DNA from: a virus
Taxonomy: Duplodnaviria > Caudoviricetes
Reading direction: 5' to 3' (one strand)
DNA: 64,000 nucleotides
Virus record (IMG/VR): IMGVR_UViG_3300005662_000021
Span: 1 to 64,000 of that record
The position numbers and the translations under genes are program-made. Under the pieces are notes generated by a model. It did not search any database and was not told the DNA's origin. It saw nothing but the letters and a program-made list of their open reading frames with translations. Numbering within the stretch: the stretch's first letter is position 1; each line of letters begins with the position of its first letter. Shown here one piece after another: positions 1 to 9,920 of the stretch.

Positions 1-65
1 TAGGTGGGTGAATAATCATTACAATAATATAACGATTCACCACACCATTTAGTTCCCCAATGGTA

Positions 66-461
66 TTATTTGTAAGTAAACTTATTCAACTTAATATTAA
101 CATTATCACATAACCTAGTACTAACATCTCTATAAAAGTAAGTGGAGAAGATACAACCAAACCATCTATTCAAATCTTCCCTAACTACCATCCTTACATC
201 ATTATACATCCAATTACTCCTTCTATATGTATGAAAGATATTACCCATACTATTGGGGTTGTATGCGTTACTACAATTAATAATCTTTATATTCAAGTCA
301 ATACACTTGAATGAATGTCCAGCAACTGTCTTAACCTCTCTAGTATTAACATTAACCTTATAGGTAATGGTGAACCCACAACCAATCGCATCATATGTCT
401 TACCCTTGAAGTATTTCTTAACAACGTTCTCAATCATATAAGGAATTATTTTGTTACACAA
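66..461 (-). CDS. hypothetical protein
   Basis: 131 aa ORF, divergent from the downstream block; no recognised motif. Confidence 0.6.
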   Translation of the reverse strand: MCNKIIPYMIENVVKKYFKGKTYDAIGCGFTITYKVNVNTREVKTVAGHSFKCIDLNIKIINCSNAYNPNSMGNIFHTYRRSNWMYNDVRMVVREDLNRWFGCIFSTYFYRDVSTRLCDNVNIKLNKFTYK

Positions 462-510
462 AGATAATCATTCCCCATCACACCACCAAACATTTATTAA
501 TCTTTTTATT

Positions 511-692
511 CTGTCATAATGTCAGTTGGGGATGTATACAATCCATAACATATACGAAGGTGTTCCCCATGTCATATTGTCAGTCCCCCATATACGTAAT
601 ACATCTAATCCCTCCTTTGTCATTCTGTCAGTCCCCCATATATACAATCCATAACATATACGAAGGAGGGAGGACTATGTCAAAATGTCATA
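511..692. repeat. iteron-like TGTCA-N3-TGTCA repeats and 26-bp direct repeat
   Basis: TGTCAnnnTGTCA four times (~512, ~570, ~618, ~678); TATACAATCCATAACATATACGAAGG at ~535 and ~641; TGTCAGTCCCCCATAT at ~578 and ~627. Confidence 0.8.
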
Positions 693-1033
693 GGGTTTAA
701 TTTGACACAGGGAGGGAGCTATTACTTTTTTGACTTTGAACCTTGAAAATAGGGGGATGCTCCCCCCTGTAGTCCCATATTACCTTATAGACCCCTCCCC
801 TCCTACGTATCCCCCCTTGCTCCCTCCCCTGTTTTCTTCGTATATAGGGGGGACAATCCCCTAAATAAAGTATATGGGGTAAAAAAAATTTATGGTAAAA
901 ATTTTGGAAAATTGGGAAATACCCATATATGAAAAAAAATTTTGGGTAAAAAGTAAGTCACCCCTTATATAAGTGAAAATGTAAAAAAAAATTTCTGGAG
1001 AAAAATTACAAATTTTAGAAAAAAAACAATAAA

Positions 1034-1534
1034 ATGTTTTTTGTGATATTTATATATATGGGAAGAAATATAAATGAACATTGTTGTATAATATGTGGGG
1101 AAAAAACTCCATCATTATTTTATTCAAGCAGAAAAAACAAGTGTAAAACTTGTTTGTCGTTAAATTACAAAAATAATATAGATAAAGAGGAATATATTGA
1201 AAAACAGAAAAAGTGGAGAGGAAATAATTTGATACATTATAGGGTTGAGAGTGCAAAACATAGAGCTAAAAGAAATAACTTGGATTTTCAACTGACAGAT
1301 AAGATTATTGAGGACAAACTCAAGGAACAAAATAATTTATGTTATATATCAAAACAACCATTATCATACAAAGAGAATGATTGGAATTCAATTTCATTAG
1401 ATAGGTTGGATAGTGAGTTGGGATATACAATTGAGAATACTATTATTGTAACTAAATTTGTTAATAATTCCAAAAATAATTTATCATTGGATGAGTATAT
1501 TAAATTAATTAAATTGGTTTGTGATAATTTGTAA
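1034..1534 (+). CDS. putative HNH-like/homing endonuclease (likely start 1058)
   Basis: CxxC pairs, CYIS, SLDRLDSELGYTIEN motif typical of phage HNH-like proteins; GATATTTATA just upstream of ATG 1058. Confidence 0.55.
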   Translation: MFFVIFIYMGRNINEHCCIICGEKTPSLFYSSRKNKCKTCLSLNYKNNIDKEEYIEKQKKWRGNNLIHYRVESAKHRAKRNNLDFQLTDKIIEDKLKEQNNLCYISKQPLSYKENDWNSISLDRLDSELGYTIENTIIVTKFVNNSKNNLSLDEYIKLIKLVCDNL

Positions 1535-1563
1535 AAACATTTTCTCGTTATACTCGATATCAA

Positions 1564-1602
1564 ACCCCAACCCCTTTTTAAATTGATATATTTATATTAA
1601 AA
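1564..1602 (+). repeat. intergenic repeat module, copy 1 (others at 2041-2100 and 3042-3079)
   Basis: CCCCAACCCCTTTTTAAATTGATATATTTATATTAAAA shared with the 2041 copy; TCTCCCTTCGGTCGTAAT shared by the 2041 and 3042 copies. Confidence 0.85.
1588..1596 (+). promoter_or_regulatory. putative phage late-promoter motif ATATTTAT(A), representative copy
   Basis: Same motif 10-30 nt upstream of many starts (~2087, 3659, 4924, 5709, 6217, 6677, 9551, 13313, 29273, 38885, 43997, 50186, 54144) and on the minus strand before 10748, 12496, 25250, 28200. Confidence 0.65.
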
Positions 1603-1610
1603 ATTAGATA

Positions 1611-2039
1611 ATGAAAAGAATTATAAGATTAACTGAGGGTGAATTGGTTAAATTGGTTGATAAGTTAATATATGAGATTAAGGAAGATGGGGTTAGGGAG
1701 CGATTGAAATATCTATTGAATGAGTTAAAGGGGTATGGTTTAGAGGATGGGGATTATGCCATATTTGGTTCTGCACCATTAGTTGTTAAGGGGTTGTTGG
1801 ATGATGTGAATGATTTGGATGTGATAATAAAACCATCAAAATGGATATTTGGGGATAATGATGAATATAGGACTGAAGATATTGAATTTTTTAATAATTG
1901 GGCAGGATTTGACATTGATGATTTGATTGATAATAAATCATTTGAATACAATGGGTTTAGATTTGTAAATGTTGATGAGGTTATAAGGTATAAAAAAATG
2001 CTTAAAAGAAATAAAGATAAAAAATTTTGGGATAAATAA
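1611..2039 (+). CDS. nucleotidyltransferase-fold protein with shared N-terminal leader
   Basis: YAIFGSAPL...DVNDLDVII (GS plus DxD pol-beta-type NTase motif) after MKRIIRLTEGEL leader. Confidence 0.6.
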   Translation: MKRIIRLTEGELVKLVDKLIYEIKEDGVRERLKYLLNELKGYGLEDGDYAIFGSAPLVVKGLLDDVNDLDVIIKPSKWIFGDNDEYRTEDIEFFNNWAGFDIDDLIDNKSFEYNGFRFVNVDEVIRYKKMLKRNKDKKFWDK

Positions 2040-2108
2040 ATTCTCCCTTCGGTCGTAATCAATCCCCAACCCCTTTTTAAATTGATATATTTATATTAAA
2101 ATTAATTT

Positions 2109-2990
2109 ATGAAAATTATTATTAGTGAACAACAACTTCAGAGAATTATTAAGGAGTTTTATAAGAAAAAACCAAAAGTTAGAAGTATTGGTAAAGGATT
2201 ATGGGATTATGGTAAAACAGTAAAAGAGTTAATTATTCAAGAATTACAAGTATTTCTTTCAAAAAAACGAACAAGTAATTATTCAATGAATAGTGAAATG
2301 TTTCTCCAGGATTATGTTGAATATATAAATGAAACAATAATTAGACTTTTTAATGAAGCTTATATAGAATTTGACGATGAAAATATTGAAAATATTATAA
2401 AAGAAAATTTGGCTAGTATTGAGGGTAAAAAAATAATTATGAAATACCCCAAAAAATTGGTTATATTCAGATATGATGAAAAAAGGACATATTCTAATTT
2501 TGAGCAATTAAAGGAAGCCATAGATTTCACGTCTAAAAAATTGGATACATACATTAATGAAAATTTTCCTAATGATTTATATAATATGGCACCGACATAT
2601 AGTGGTCAAGAAATAGAGGATGAATTGACACAAAAAATTTATGATTGGGAGCATACAAAAACTATACTTGAGAGATTATATAATGACTATATTGTTAGTG
2701 ATTTGGTTGATGAACAATTATTTGAAAAATTAAAGGGTAAAAACTATATTGATGAGATATTCAAAATTATGGATAAAGAGATGGAAAAAAATAATTATCA
2801 AATATTCCATAAAATAAAAGAAACTGACCTTAAATATTATTTTAATATGTTCTTGGAGAGTTACATTAAATATTATTCTAAACGTTTCAATAAAGAAGAA
2901 CTAAGGTCGGACACAATAAATTTAAAGATAAATTTACCCCTTGAAATTTTAATGAGTAAAATATTTAATATGATTTATAAAAATTTATAA
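2109..2990 (+). CDS. hypothetical protein with shared leader
   Basis: MKIIISEQQLQRIIKE; 293 aa. Confidence 0.7.
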   Translation: MKIIISEQQLQRIIKEFYKKKPKVRSIGKGLWDYGKTVKELIIQELQVFLSKKRTSNYSMNSEMFLQDYVEYINETIIRLFNEAYIEFDDENIENIIKENLASIEGKKIIMKYPKKLVIFRYDEKRTYSNFEQLKEAIDFTSKKLDTYINENFPNDLYNMAPTYSGQEIEDELTQKIYDWEHTKTILERLYNDYIVSDLVDEQLFEKLKGKNYIDEIFKIMDKEMEKNNYQIFHKIKETDLKYYFNMFLESYIKYYSKRFNKEELRSDTINLKINLPLEILMSKIFNMIYKNL

Positions 2991-3000
2991 CTAAGATATT

Positions 3001-3040
3001 ATTCCCCATTTCTTATATTAGGATTGGGGATATTTTTTTT
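3001..3040 (+). terminator. intrinsic terminator (TCCCCA/TGGGGA family)
   Basis: hairpin plus T-run. Confidence 0.7.
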
Positions 3041-3145
3041 CTCTCCCTTCGGTCGTAATAAATCCCCAACCCCTTTTTTGAAAAAAAATTTGAGAATTTG
3101 AAAATAATGTATTAATTTTACGGAATTAATTAATCAAATACATTT

Positions 3146-3646
3146 ATGGGTAAGTCAAAAAAAGAGAAGGTATTAACGGATATTCAATTTACCAAAATTG
3201 ATATGGTATTAAAGATGTTTAAATGTCTTTTGCCATTGTATATTGAGTGTAAGGATGATGAACCACGATGTGTAACATTTTGTGGATTGAATAGGAGTGT
3301 GATATATGATATTACAAGTTGTAGTTTTTTTAAGGTTGGTTTAATATCTGATGGGGCATTAAAGAAACTTGAGAGGAATGTTGAGGAACATCTATATAAT
3401 AGGACACTTTCGAGTAGGGTTATATTTTCTATATTGGAAAAGAATCCTGATATGACTGTTGAGGATTTTATAAAAATATTGAAGAAGTATGGTACGACAA
3501 TAACATTAACTGAGAGTGAACATAATCGTTTACCAAAGGACACAAAAGGGTTTTACGAAAAGACATATGAAGACTATGAGAAGATTGGGGTGAATGTACT
3601 AGGTTTGAGGGATTATATGGAATATTTGAATTCGATTAAATTATAG
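3146..3646 (+). CDS. hypothetical protein
   Basis: 166 aa ORF. Confidence 0.7.
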   Translation: MGKSKKEKVLTDIQFTKIDMVLKMFKCLLPLYIECKDDEPRCVTFCGLNRSVIYDITSCSFFKVGLISDGALKKLERNVEEHLYNRTLSSRVIFSILEKNPDMTVEDFIKILKKYGTTITLTESEHNRLPKDTKGFYEKTYEDYEKIGVNVLGLRDYMEYLNSIKL

Positions 3647-3680
3647 TTTTATACTGGTATATTTATATTAAAATTAATTT

Positions 3681-4877
3681 ATGAGAAGAAAGATTAATGA
3701 GGCATTGGGAGTACCTGTTAATATAATACCCAGTGCGATTAAGTTATATGATGAGATATATAGATTTTTATCTAGTTTAAAGGACATTCAATCTGATAAT
3801 AGTTATAAGACCATATTAACTGGTGATTATACAATTTCGGATATGAAATTGAGAACAATTAATTTGGAGGTTGAGTTACATAAGGTTCAAGGTGGGAGTT
3901 TTTCATTTTTAAGTTTTGGTCAAGGTGTACATATTTCGGTTAATGACCAATTCCAAATGGAAGTATTTGTGGAAGAGGATGAGACAATTATTAATATTGA
4001 GTTTATTGTTCCTGAAAAATTCGAGGATAAGGAATTCTTGGAATATTATCAACAGAATAAAAATCGTTTCATATCAATTATTGCCCATGAGTTGAAACAT
4101 GCGTATGATTCTTTCAAGAAGAATAAGACAAATTTACCTAAGAGGGTTGATTATCAAATTAGTGCTAATAGGGGATTTGGTGGGGTAAGACCATTGAATA
4201 GATTTTTATTTCTTTCATATTATACTCACCATATTGAGAATTTGGTTAGACCAACACAATTGGCGGCAGAGATTCATCTTGGAAAGATTACAGCAAAAGA
4301 ATTTTATAATTTTTTTGTTGATAATGAGATTTTTAAAATATTAAAAGAGGCAAAAGAATTTTCATTGGAAAATTTAAAGACATCATTAAAGAACTATATG
4401 CCTCAAGTTTATGAGATTTTGAATATGGTTGGTATGGATGTTGATACTGAAGATGATGCTATTGATAGTATCCTTGAATTATTTTATATTAACCTTGTGA
4501 ATTGGAAACAAGAACAAATGATTAATTTCATTTATCCAAGAGGGAGGAACAATCCTTTCTTTCAACATATGGTAAATGACGATAAAGATAATTATATTAA
4601 CACTTATTCACATAAGATTGGAAAATATAAAGATGATTATGAAAGATTTTATATTGATGAGGCGAGATTTATGAAACATACCGCAACAAAGATGATTAAG
4701 AAATTGGGTCGATTATATGAATTAACAAATCAAAAAACTATGAAAGAGAACAAATCAATTTGGGATTGGGAGATGTATCAAAAAATACATGGTAAGAACT
4801 CACCAATTGTTACCAAGATAAAGACCAAGGATGAATTAATTTCGGAATTGTCAAAACGTATTAAGAAAAAACTATAA
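3681..4877 (+). CDS. putative zinc metalloprotease-like protein
   Basis: IAHELKHAYD HExxH motif. Confidence 0.5.
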   Translation: MRRKINEALGVPVNIIPSAIKLYDEIYRFLSSLKDIQSDNSYKTILTGDYTISDMKLRTINLEVELHKVQGGSFSFLSFGQGVHISVNDQFQMEVFVEEDETIINIEFIVPEKFEDKEFLEYYQQNKNRFISIIAHELKHAYDSFKKNKTNLPKRVDYQISANRGFGGVRPLNRFLFLSYYTHHIENLVRPTQLAAEIHLGKITAKEFYNFFVDNEIFKILKEAKEFSLENLKTSLKNYMPQVYEILNMVGMDVDTEDDAIDSILELFYINLVNWKQEQMINFIYPRGRNNPFFQHMVNDDKDNYINTYSHKIGKYKDDYERFYIDEARFMKHTATKMIKKLGRLYELTNQKTMKENKSIWDWEMYQKIHGKNSPIVTKIKTKDELISELSKRIKKKL

Positions 4878-4880
4878 TTT

Positions 4881-4920
4881 AATATCCCCATACTTTAATT
4901 AGTGTGGGGATATTTTTTTT
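4881..4920 (+). terminator. intrinsic terminator
   Basis: AATATCCCCA...TGGGGATATT plus T-run. Confidence 0.8.
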
Positions 4921-4945
4921 GGTATATTTATAAAATAAAAAATAT

Positions 4946-5707
4946 ATGAAAAAAATTATAAGATTGACCGAGGATGATTTGATTAGAATTGTGGAAAAAG
5001 TTATGATGGAAGAAGGTATAACAAATACTTGGGATAAGGTTATGGATTATGTATATGGTCAGCCAAAAAAGAAGAATGTAAAATCTGGTCAAAGTACATC
5101 AGGTGATTCATATAATAAAATGATGAATTTTGTTACTGACCCATTTAATTTAAAAAAGGATATTGATTTCACAAAAAAAATAAGTCAACCATCATCAACA
5201 GGTAAACAAAAGTTAGATGGGTCAACATTGAGTGTTAGTGGAAAAATATGGCCATTTTTAAGAGAATGGGAGGGTGACCCAAAGAATAGGGTAGGTGGGG
5301 TTAAAGAACCGAAGTATAAGGCATATAAGGATAGTGTGGGTGTTGTTACGATAGGGTATGGTCACACACAGAATGTTAAACCGACTGATGTATTAAAGAG
5401 TAAAAAAGAAGCGGATGATTTATTGGTTTTAGATGTTAGAGAGAACGCAAATTATATTCGAAAGATATTGAAGGGTTGGAAGGATAAAAAAATTCCTGGG
5501 TATATGGTGACACAAGGGCAATTTGATGCTTTGGTATCATTATCATTTAATTCTGGGATTGGTAATGTTAGGAAGTCCGCATTTCTTCAAGAATTAAAAA
5601 AGGGAAATGATAAGAAGGCGGCTGAATTAATTAAAACATATAATACAATTGGAACTCAAGGCGTATCAAATCGAAGACAAGCTGAAATTGATTTATTTAA
5701 TTCTTGA
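4946..5707 (+). CDS. GH24 phage lysozyme with shared N-terminal leader
   Basis: EWEG...AYKDSVGVVTIGYGHT...QGQFDALVSLSFNSG...RRQAEIDLF. Confidence 0.85.
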   Translation: MKKIIRLTEDDLIRIVEKVMMEEGITNTWDKVMDYVYGQPKKKNVKSGQSTSGDSYNKMMNFVTDPFNLKKDIDFTKKISQPSSTGKQKLDGSTLSVSGKIWPFLREWEGDPKNRVGGVKEPKYKAYKDSVGVVTIGYGHTQNVKPTDVLKSKKEADDLLVLDVRENANYIRKILKGWKDKKIPGYMVTQGQFDALVSLSFNSGIGNVRKSAFLQELKKGNDKKAAELIKTYNTIGTQGVSNRRQAEIDLFNS

Positions 5708-5744
5708 TATATTTATTATTATTAATAAATTAATAAAAAAAACA

Positions 5745-6167
5745 ATGAAAAGAATAGTAAAATTAACTGAATCTGACTTAAGTAAATTGGTTAAAAGAAT
5801 AATTAAAGAATCCTATGATATTGATGAAGTGATAACTGAGTTGGATGATTGGATTGAAGGTAATGTTGACCATATCAGTCGATATTCATTAGAAGACAAA
5901 GTAAAAGAATTATTAAATATGGATGAAGAAATAACTTCAGAAGTAGAAGAATTGGAAAGTGATGAGGGTGATGAATATGGTGAAAATTGGGGAACAAAAA
6001 TAATTGTAATAAAATACAATGATGAAGATTTGATGAAGGTGTGTGTGACTTCTGAAGGTGGATATCATTTTGGTAAAAATAATATTGTTTTTGAAGGTGA
6101 ACCAAGAGATAAATTGGTGCGTGCTGGCTTTGGTATTCGTTTTTATTTCGATAAAAGTTTGTTATAA
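5745..6167 (+). CDS. hypothetical acidic protein with shared leader
   Basis: MKRIVKLTESDLSKLVKRIIKE; start reassigned from 5649. Confidence 0.7.
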   Translation: MKRIVKLTESDLSKLVKRIIKESYDIDEVITELDDWIEGNVDHISRYSLEDKVKELLNMDEEITSEVEELESDEGDEYGENWGTKIIVIKYNDEDLMKVCVTSEGGYHFGKNNIVFEGEPRDKLVRAGFGIRFYFDKSLL

Positions 6168-6204
6168 AAAAATCCCCATTCTTTAATTAGAGTGGGGATT
6201 TTTT
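6168..6204 (+). terminator. intrinsic terminator
   Basis: AAAAATCCCCA...TGGGGATTTTT. Confidence 0.8.
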
Positions 6205-6359
6205 ATTTGTATTAATATATTTATAAATAAAAAAATGGCAAAAAATATAAGAAAATCTAGAGTTTACATTAAGAGTAAAAAATCCTCCAAGAAAACATTC
6301 AAAAGGATTAAAAATAATATGGAGGTAATAAAAGAATTAACAATTAAAAAATAAAAACT

Positions 6360-6605
6360 ATGAAACATTTATTAAACGAACTATCAGATTCTGAAAAACA
6401 AAGAATATTAGGACAATATAATGATTCCTTAATTATTGAAACAAAAAAATTTAACAAGTTTATAAATTCAAAACTTGGAAATGTAAAACCTCTACTTGAA
6501 CAAGATGAAGAAGAAGAGGATGAAATGGAAGATGAAGAAGAATATTACTTAGATATGGATTCAGATGAAGAAGAAGAGGATGAAATGGAAGATGAAGATT
6601 ATTAA
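6360..6605 (+). CDS. small acidic protein
   Basis: MKHLLNELSDSEKQRIL leader variant; duplicated DEEEEDEMEDE. Confidence 0.65.
   Translation: MKHLLNELSDSEKQRILGQYNDSLIIETKKFNKFINSKLGNVKPLLEQDEEEEDEMEDEEEYYLDMDSDEEEEDEMEDEDY
6504..6598 (+). repeat. 35-bp intragenic duplication
   Basis: GATGAAGAAGAAGAGGATGAAATGGAAGATGAAGA at 6504 and 6564. Confidence 0.9.
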
Positions 6606-6621
6606 TTTAAAATCATAATTA

Positions 6622-6656
6622 TATCCCCATCATATAATATTATGGTGGGGATTTTT
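6622..6656 (+). terminator. intrinsic terminator
   Basis: ATCCCCA...TGGGGAT plus T-run. Confidence 0.7.
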
Positions 6657-6700
6657 ATTTATAAGAATATTGTGTTATATTTATAGTAAAATTAGATACA

Positions 6701-7174
6701 ATGAGAAAAGAAGGATATAGAATTGGAGAATTTGGTGAGATGGAGATGAAGGGAATTAATTTGGTTGTTAAAGCATTGGCCAAAAAATTTCCATTTGTAA
6801 CAGGTTGGGAATTAAGTCAAATTTGGGATGAGTATTACAATGTTATTTTTATTAACTTGATAGTTGACCTTGAAAAGGCTGGAGAATATTATAATGTTGA
6901 GTTTTCGGATTATTGGATTGATTTATGGAAATCAGATAAAATAGTTGACTCATCATATATTTTGTCAATGGCATATAATAATAACTTGAATAATTTAGTT
7001 GAGACAAATAAAATCAAAGAAAAATTGGAAGAATTATATTCAAATTTACCTGATGATTTTTGTTTGTTTTATAGATTTGAAGATACTGATTTAAATAAAT
7101 TCAAAAATAAATGTTATATTAACATACATTATTTTGTTAATAAACCATCTCAAAATATATACTATTCAATATAA
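6701..7174 (+). CDS. hypothetical protein
   Basis: 157 aa ORF. Confidence 0.65.
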   Translation: MRKEGYRIGEFGEMEMKGINLVVKALAKKFPFVTGWELSQIWDEYYNVIFINLIVDLEKAGEYYNVEFSDYWIDLWKSDKIVDSSYILSMAYNNNLNNLVETNKIKEKLEELYSNLPDDFCLFYRFEDTDLNKFKNKCYINIHYFVNKPSQNIYYSI

Positions 7175-7180
7175 AGAATT

Positions 7181-7642
7181 ATGAAAATTATAATAACTGA
7201 GTCACAATTAAAAAAACTAACTGAAGATAAAGTTGAGAGGACTAAAAATTTGATAAGACAGAAAGCTAACGAGGATGGTATTATGGATACGTCAAGAATG
7301 TTAGGTATGGATTATAAGGATTTTATTAATAAATTTGAAATTCCATTTGATGATGATAAGGCAAAAAAACTTATCGAAGATTATATGGATGATAAACTTG
7401 ATAGAATCTATGATTTTGAGAAAAATAAGGATTTGTATTGTGAACGATATGAAACACCTGACAAATTTCTCAATGTAGTTGAAGAAGCAATTCTTGACTT
7501 CTTATATTACAACCATTTTCAGGATATATTAGATGACGATAGTGTTGAATTTGAGAATGTTGTTTTTTTGGTGTCAAATTATTTAATTGAAAATTATGGT
7601 GATATTATCAAAAATAAATTTATTGAAAATTGTAAGAAATGA
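7181..7642 (+). CDS. hypothetical protein with shared leader
   Basis: MKIIITESQLKKLTE. Confidence 0.7.
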   Translation: MKIIITESQLKKLTEDKVERTKNLIRQKANEDGIMDTSRMLGMDYKDFINKFEIPFDDDKAKKLIEDYMDDKLDRIYDFEKNKDLYCERYETPDKFLNVVEEAILDFLYYNHFQDILDDDSVEFENVVFLVSNYLIENYGDIIKNKFIENCKK

Positions 7643-8091
7643 AAATATTAATTAATGAATCTCAACTTGAGGGAGCAATAAAAAAGTATTTAGAAAGATT
7701 CTATTCCGATAAAATTATGGACATTGAAATAGAAGGGTCTAAAATTACTATAACCTTAGAAGGTGAACCAAATTGGTCTAATATGGCTGAATTGGAATCC
7801 GATATTAAAAATGATTTGAAAAGTGTATTTTCAGGTAAAAATCTTCAATTGGAAATAAAATTTGAAAAAGAATTTGAGGCGACAATTGAATTTGATGGCA
7901 ATGATGTTAGATTAGAAAAAACAATGGATAATGGTGAAATATTTGAATTGGAGGGAGAATTGATTCAATATAGTTCTGGTAGAGCTGATGAATGGGAATT
8001 CGAACCAACTTATATTTCTGATGATGATTATTATCGTGAAAATTGGGAGATGTTGGATGAATATATTTTGGATAGATTTGCTAACAAGTAG
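7639..8091 (+). CDS. hypothetical protein with shared leader
   Basis: MKILINESQLEGAIKKYLE. Confidence 0.7.
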   Translation: MKILINESQLEGAIKKYLERFYSDKIMDIEIEGSKITITLEGEPNWSNMAELESDIKNDLKSVFSGKNLQLEIKFEKEFEATIEFDGNDVRLEKTMDNGEIFELEGELIQYSSGRADEWEFEPTYISDDDYYRENWEMLDEYILDRFANK

Positions 8092-8215
8092 GTATAATCA
8101 AAAAAAGACTAAGTAAAACCAAAAATTATATCAATCAAGTCTTTAACTATTCTTCTGATATATTTATTATGTAATGGGGTAAAACTAAATGTGGTTTTAC
8201 AAAACAAAAAACAAA

Positions 8216-8827
8216 ATGAAAAAAGTAATTGTAATCATTTTGTGGTTTATATTAGTATTTACAAATTTAAATAAATCACAAAACATTTCAGTTTCTTCGG
8301 AAGATGAAAATTTAGTTCACAGAGATGTTACAGCAATTAGTTTCTCGGTAAATGCGAACATCAAAAACAACCACCCTTTCACCAATTTTTGTAAGGAGTA
8401 TCTAAAAGTTGCGATATTATACCATATTGAGTGTGGTATCCCTGCAAGTATTCAATTGGCACAAGCAATAGCTGAAAGTGGTGGTGGTAAATCAGAACTT
8501 GCTTTGAAAGCAAATAATCTTTTTGGTATGAAGTATTATGAAACTTTATATAATGGAGATTATTGGGAATCACCAGGTGGTATTAAATGGAGAAAATACG
8601 ATAATTTCGAACATTCATTTTCTGACCATGCTGATTTTTTACACAAATTTTATCCTAATTTTATTGGTAAAGATTGGAAATTTTGGGTAAAAAATTGTAA
8701 AGGTTACGGAGGTGTGGGGTATTGGGCTCACATTGGTTCTGTAATCGAATATTATGAGTTATGGAGATATGATGAATATGTTGATAATTACAAGTTGAGA
8801 ATGGAGGAAAAAACCTATAATTTGTGA
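8216..8827 (+). CDS. GH73 glucosaminidase-like peptidoglycan hydrolase with signal peptide
   Basis: GIPASIQLAQAIAESGGG...ANNLFGMK...WRKYDNFEHSFSDH; hydrophobic N-terminus. Confidence 0.8.
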   Translation: MKKVIVIILWFILVFTNLNKSQNISVSSEDENLVHRDVTAISFSVNANIKNNHPFTNFCKEYLKVAILYHIECGIPASIQLAQAIAESGGGKSELALKANNLFGMKYYETLYNGDYWESPGGIKWRKYDNFEHSFSDHADFLHKFYPNFIGKDWKFWVKNCKGYGGVGYWAHIGSVIEYYELWRYDEYVDNYKLRMEEKTYNL

Positions 8828-9306
8828 TGATTATATTCTCTTAATTTATCCAAGTAATGTTTATATAATAAGATTGTCAGATGGTATGACCCCAGTATTA
8901 AAACACAATAAATTTCAAACCACAACATACCTGATGATAATAAAATAAGGATAGACATTAGATAAAAAACCGTAAATAATCGGAATCGTTTAAGTGTTAA
9001 TAAGGGATAAGAACATGAGAGAAAAAAAAGTCCCGCGAAAATGTTATGAGTAATGGGATAAAGTTCTATTGAAAACGCAGTCAGGAGTAATAAAAAAAAT
9101 GAAGGTATTTGCCATTTGTCAGTACTAAAAAAGAAATAACTTGTGGCTGCGTTTACTAAAATAAAAAGGGGTTGTAAAGGTGTTTTCCAATAACTTGATA
9201 TTGACCATAATTCACCACATATTGACAAAAGAATAAAAGGTTGTATAATTGATAATATAATCACAAAGAATTTGATATAAAATTCATATTTCTTGATAAA
9301 TTGCAT
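8815..9306 (-). CDS. multi-pass membrane protein
   Basis: several hydrophobic segments. Confidence 0.55.
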   Translation of the reverse strand: MQFIKKYEFYIKFFVIILSIIQPFILLSICGELWSISSYWKTPLQPLFILVNAATSYFFFSTDKWQIPSFFLLLLTAFSIELYPITHNIFAGLFFLSCSYPLLTLKRFRLFTVFYLMSILILLSSGMLWFEIYCVLILGSYHLTILLYKHYLDKLREYNHHKL

Positions 9307-9320
9307 AAAAAAATAAAATT

Positions 9321-9506
9321 ATGAATGACGAACAAAAAGCTCAAGTTTATGGTTCACTATTAAATGAACATACTAAATATTTCAACGAAATAAATAGAAT
9401 AAAGGGAGATAGTTTAGACTTGAATCGAGAGCAAAGGTTAAAAATCCAAGAATTGGAGAATAAACAAAGAGAAGTGATGGAAAAGGTTAAAAAGTTATTT
9501 AGTTAA
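9321..9506 (+). CDS. hypothetical coiled-coil protein
   Basis: 61 aa ORF. Confidence 0.55.
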   Translation: MNDEQKAQVYGSLLNEHTKYFNEINRIKGDSLDLNREQRLKIQELENKQREVMEKVKKLFS

Positions 9507-9572
9507 TAACACAAAAACACATCTTTTTAGATGTGTTTTGTTTTTATAAAATATTTATTATAAAAAAGTATT

Positions 9573-9917
9573 ATGTCTTATAGAAAAACTAAATTAATTC
9601 AAGAAAGAAATATATTATTAGAGAAAAAATACATATTGGAACAAGGTCCTGTACCACCTCCAGCACCACCTCCTGCACCTGTTCCTATACCACCATCTAC
9701 AGGAACACCACCTCCATCAAGTGGGGAAACAAAACCTTTTGAAATTAAATCTGTGGAGGATTTTAAAACCCCTGAAAACAAAAATAAATTATGTAGTAAG
9801 ATGAAAATACCTACAGAAATAATATCCCAAAAAAAAGAAATTGAGGGGTATCAATATTATTTAACTAAAGATAATAGTCAATTATTTTGTTATGATGAAA
9901 TTGAGGATAAAAAATAA
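9573..9917 (+). CDS. hypothetical protein, Pro-rich linker
   Basis: MSYRKTKLIQERNILLEKKY then PVPPPAPPPAP. Confidence 0.65.
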   Translation: MSYRKTKLIQERNILLEKKYILEQGPVPPPAPPPAPVPIPPSTGTPPPSSGETKPFEIKSVEDFKTPENKNKLCSKMKIPTEIISQKKEIEGYQYYLTKDNSQLFCYDEIEDKK

Positions 9918-9920
9918 TAT

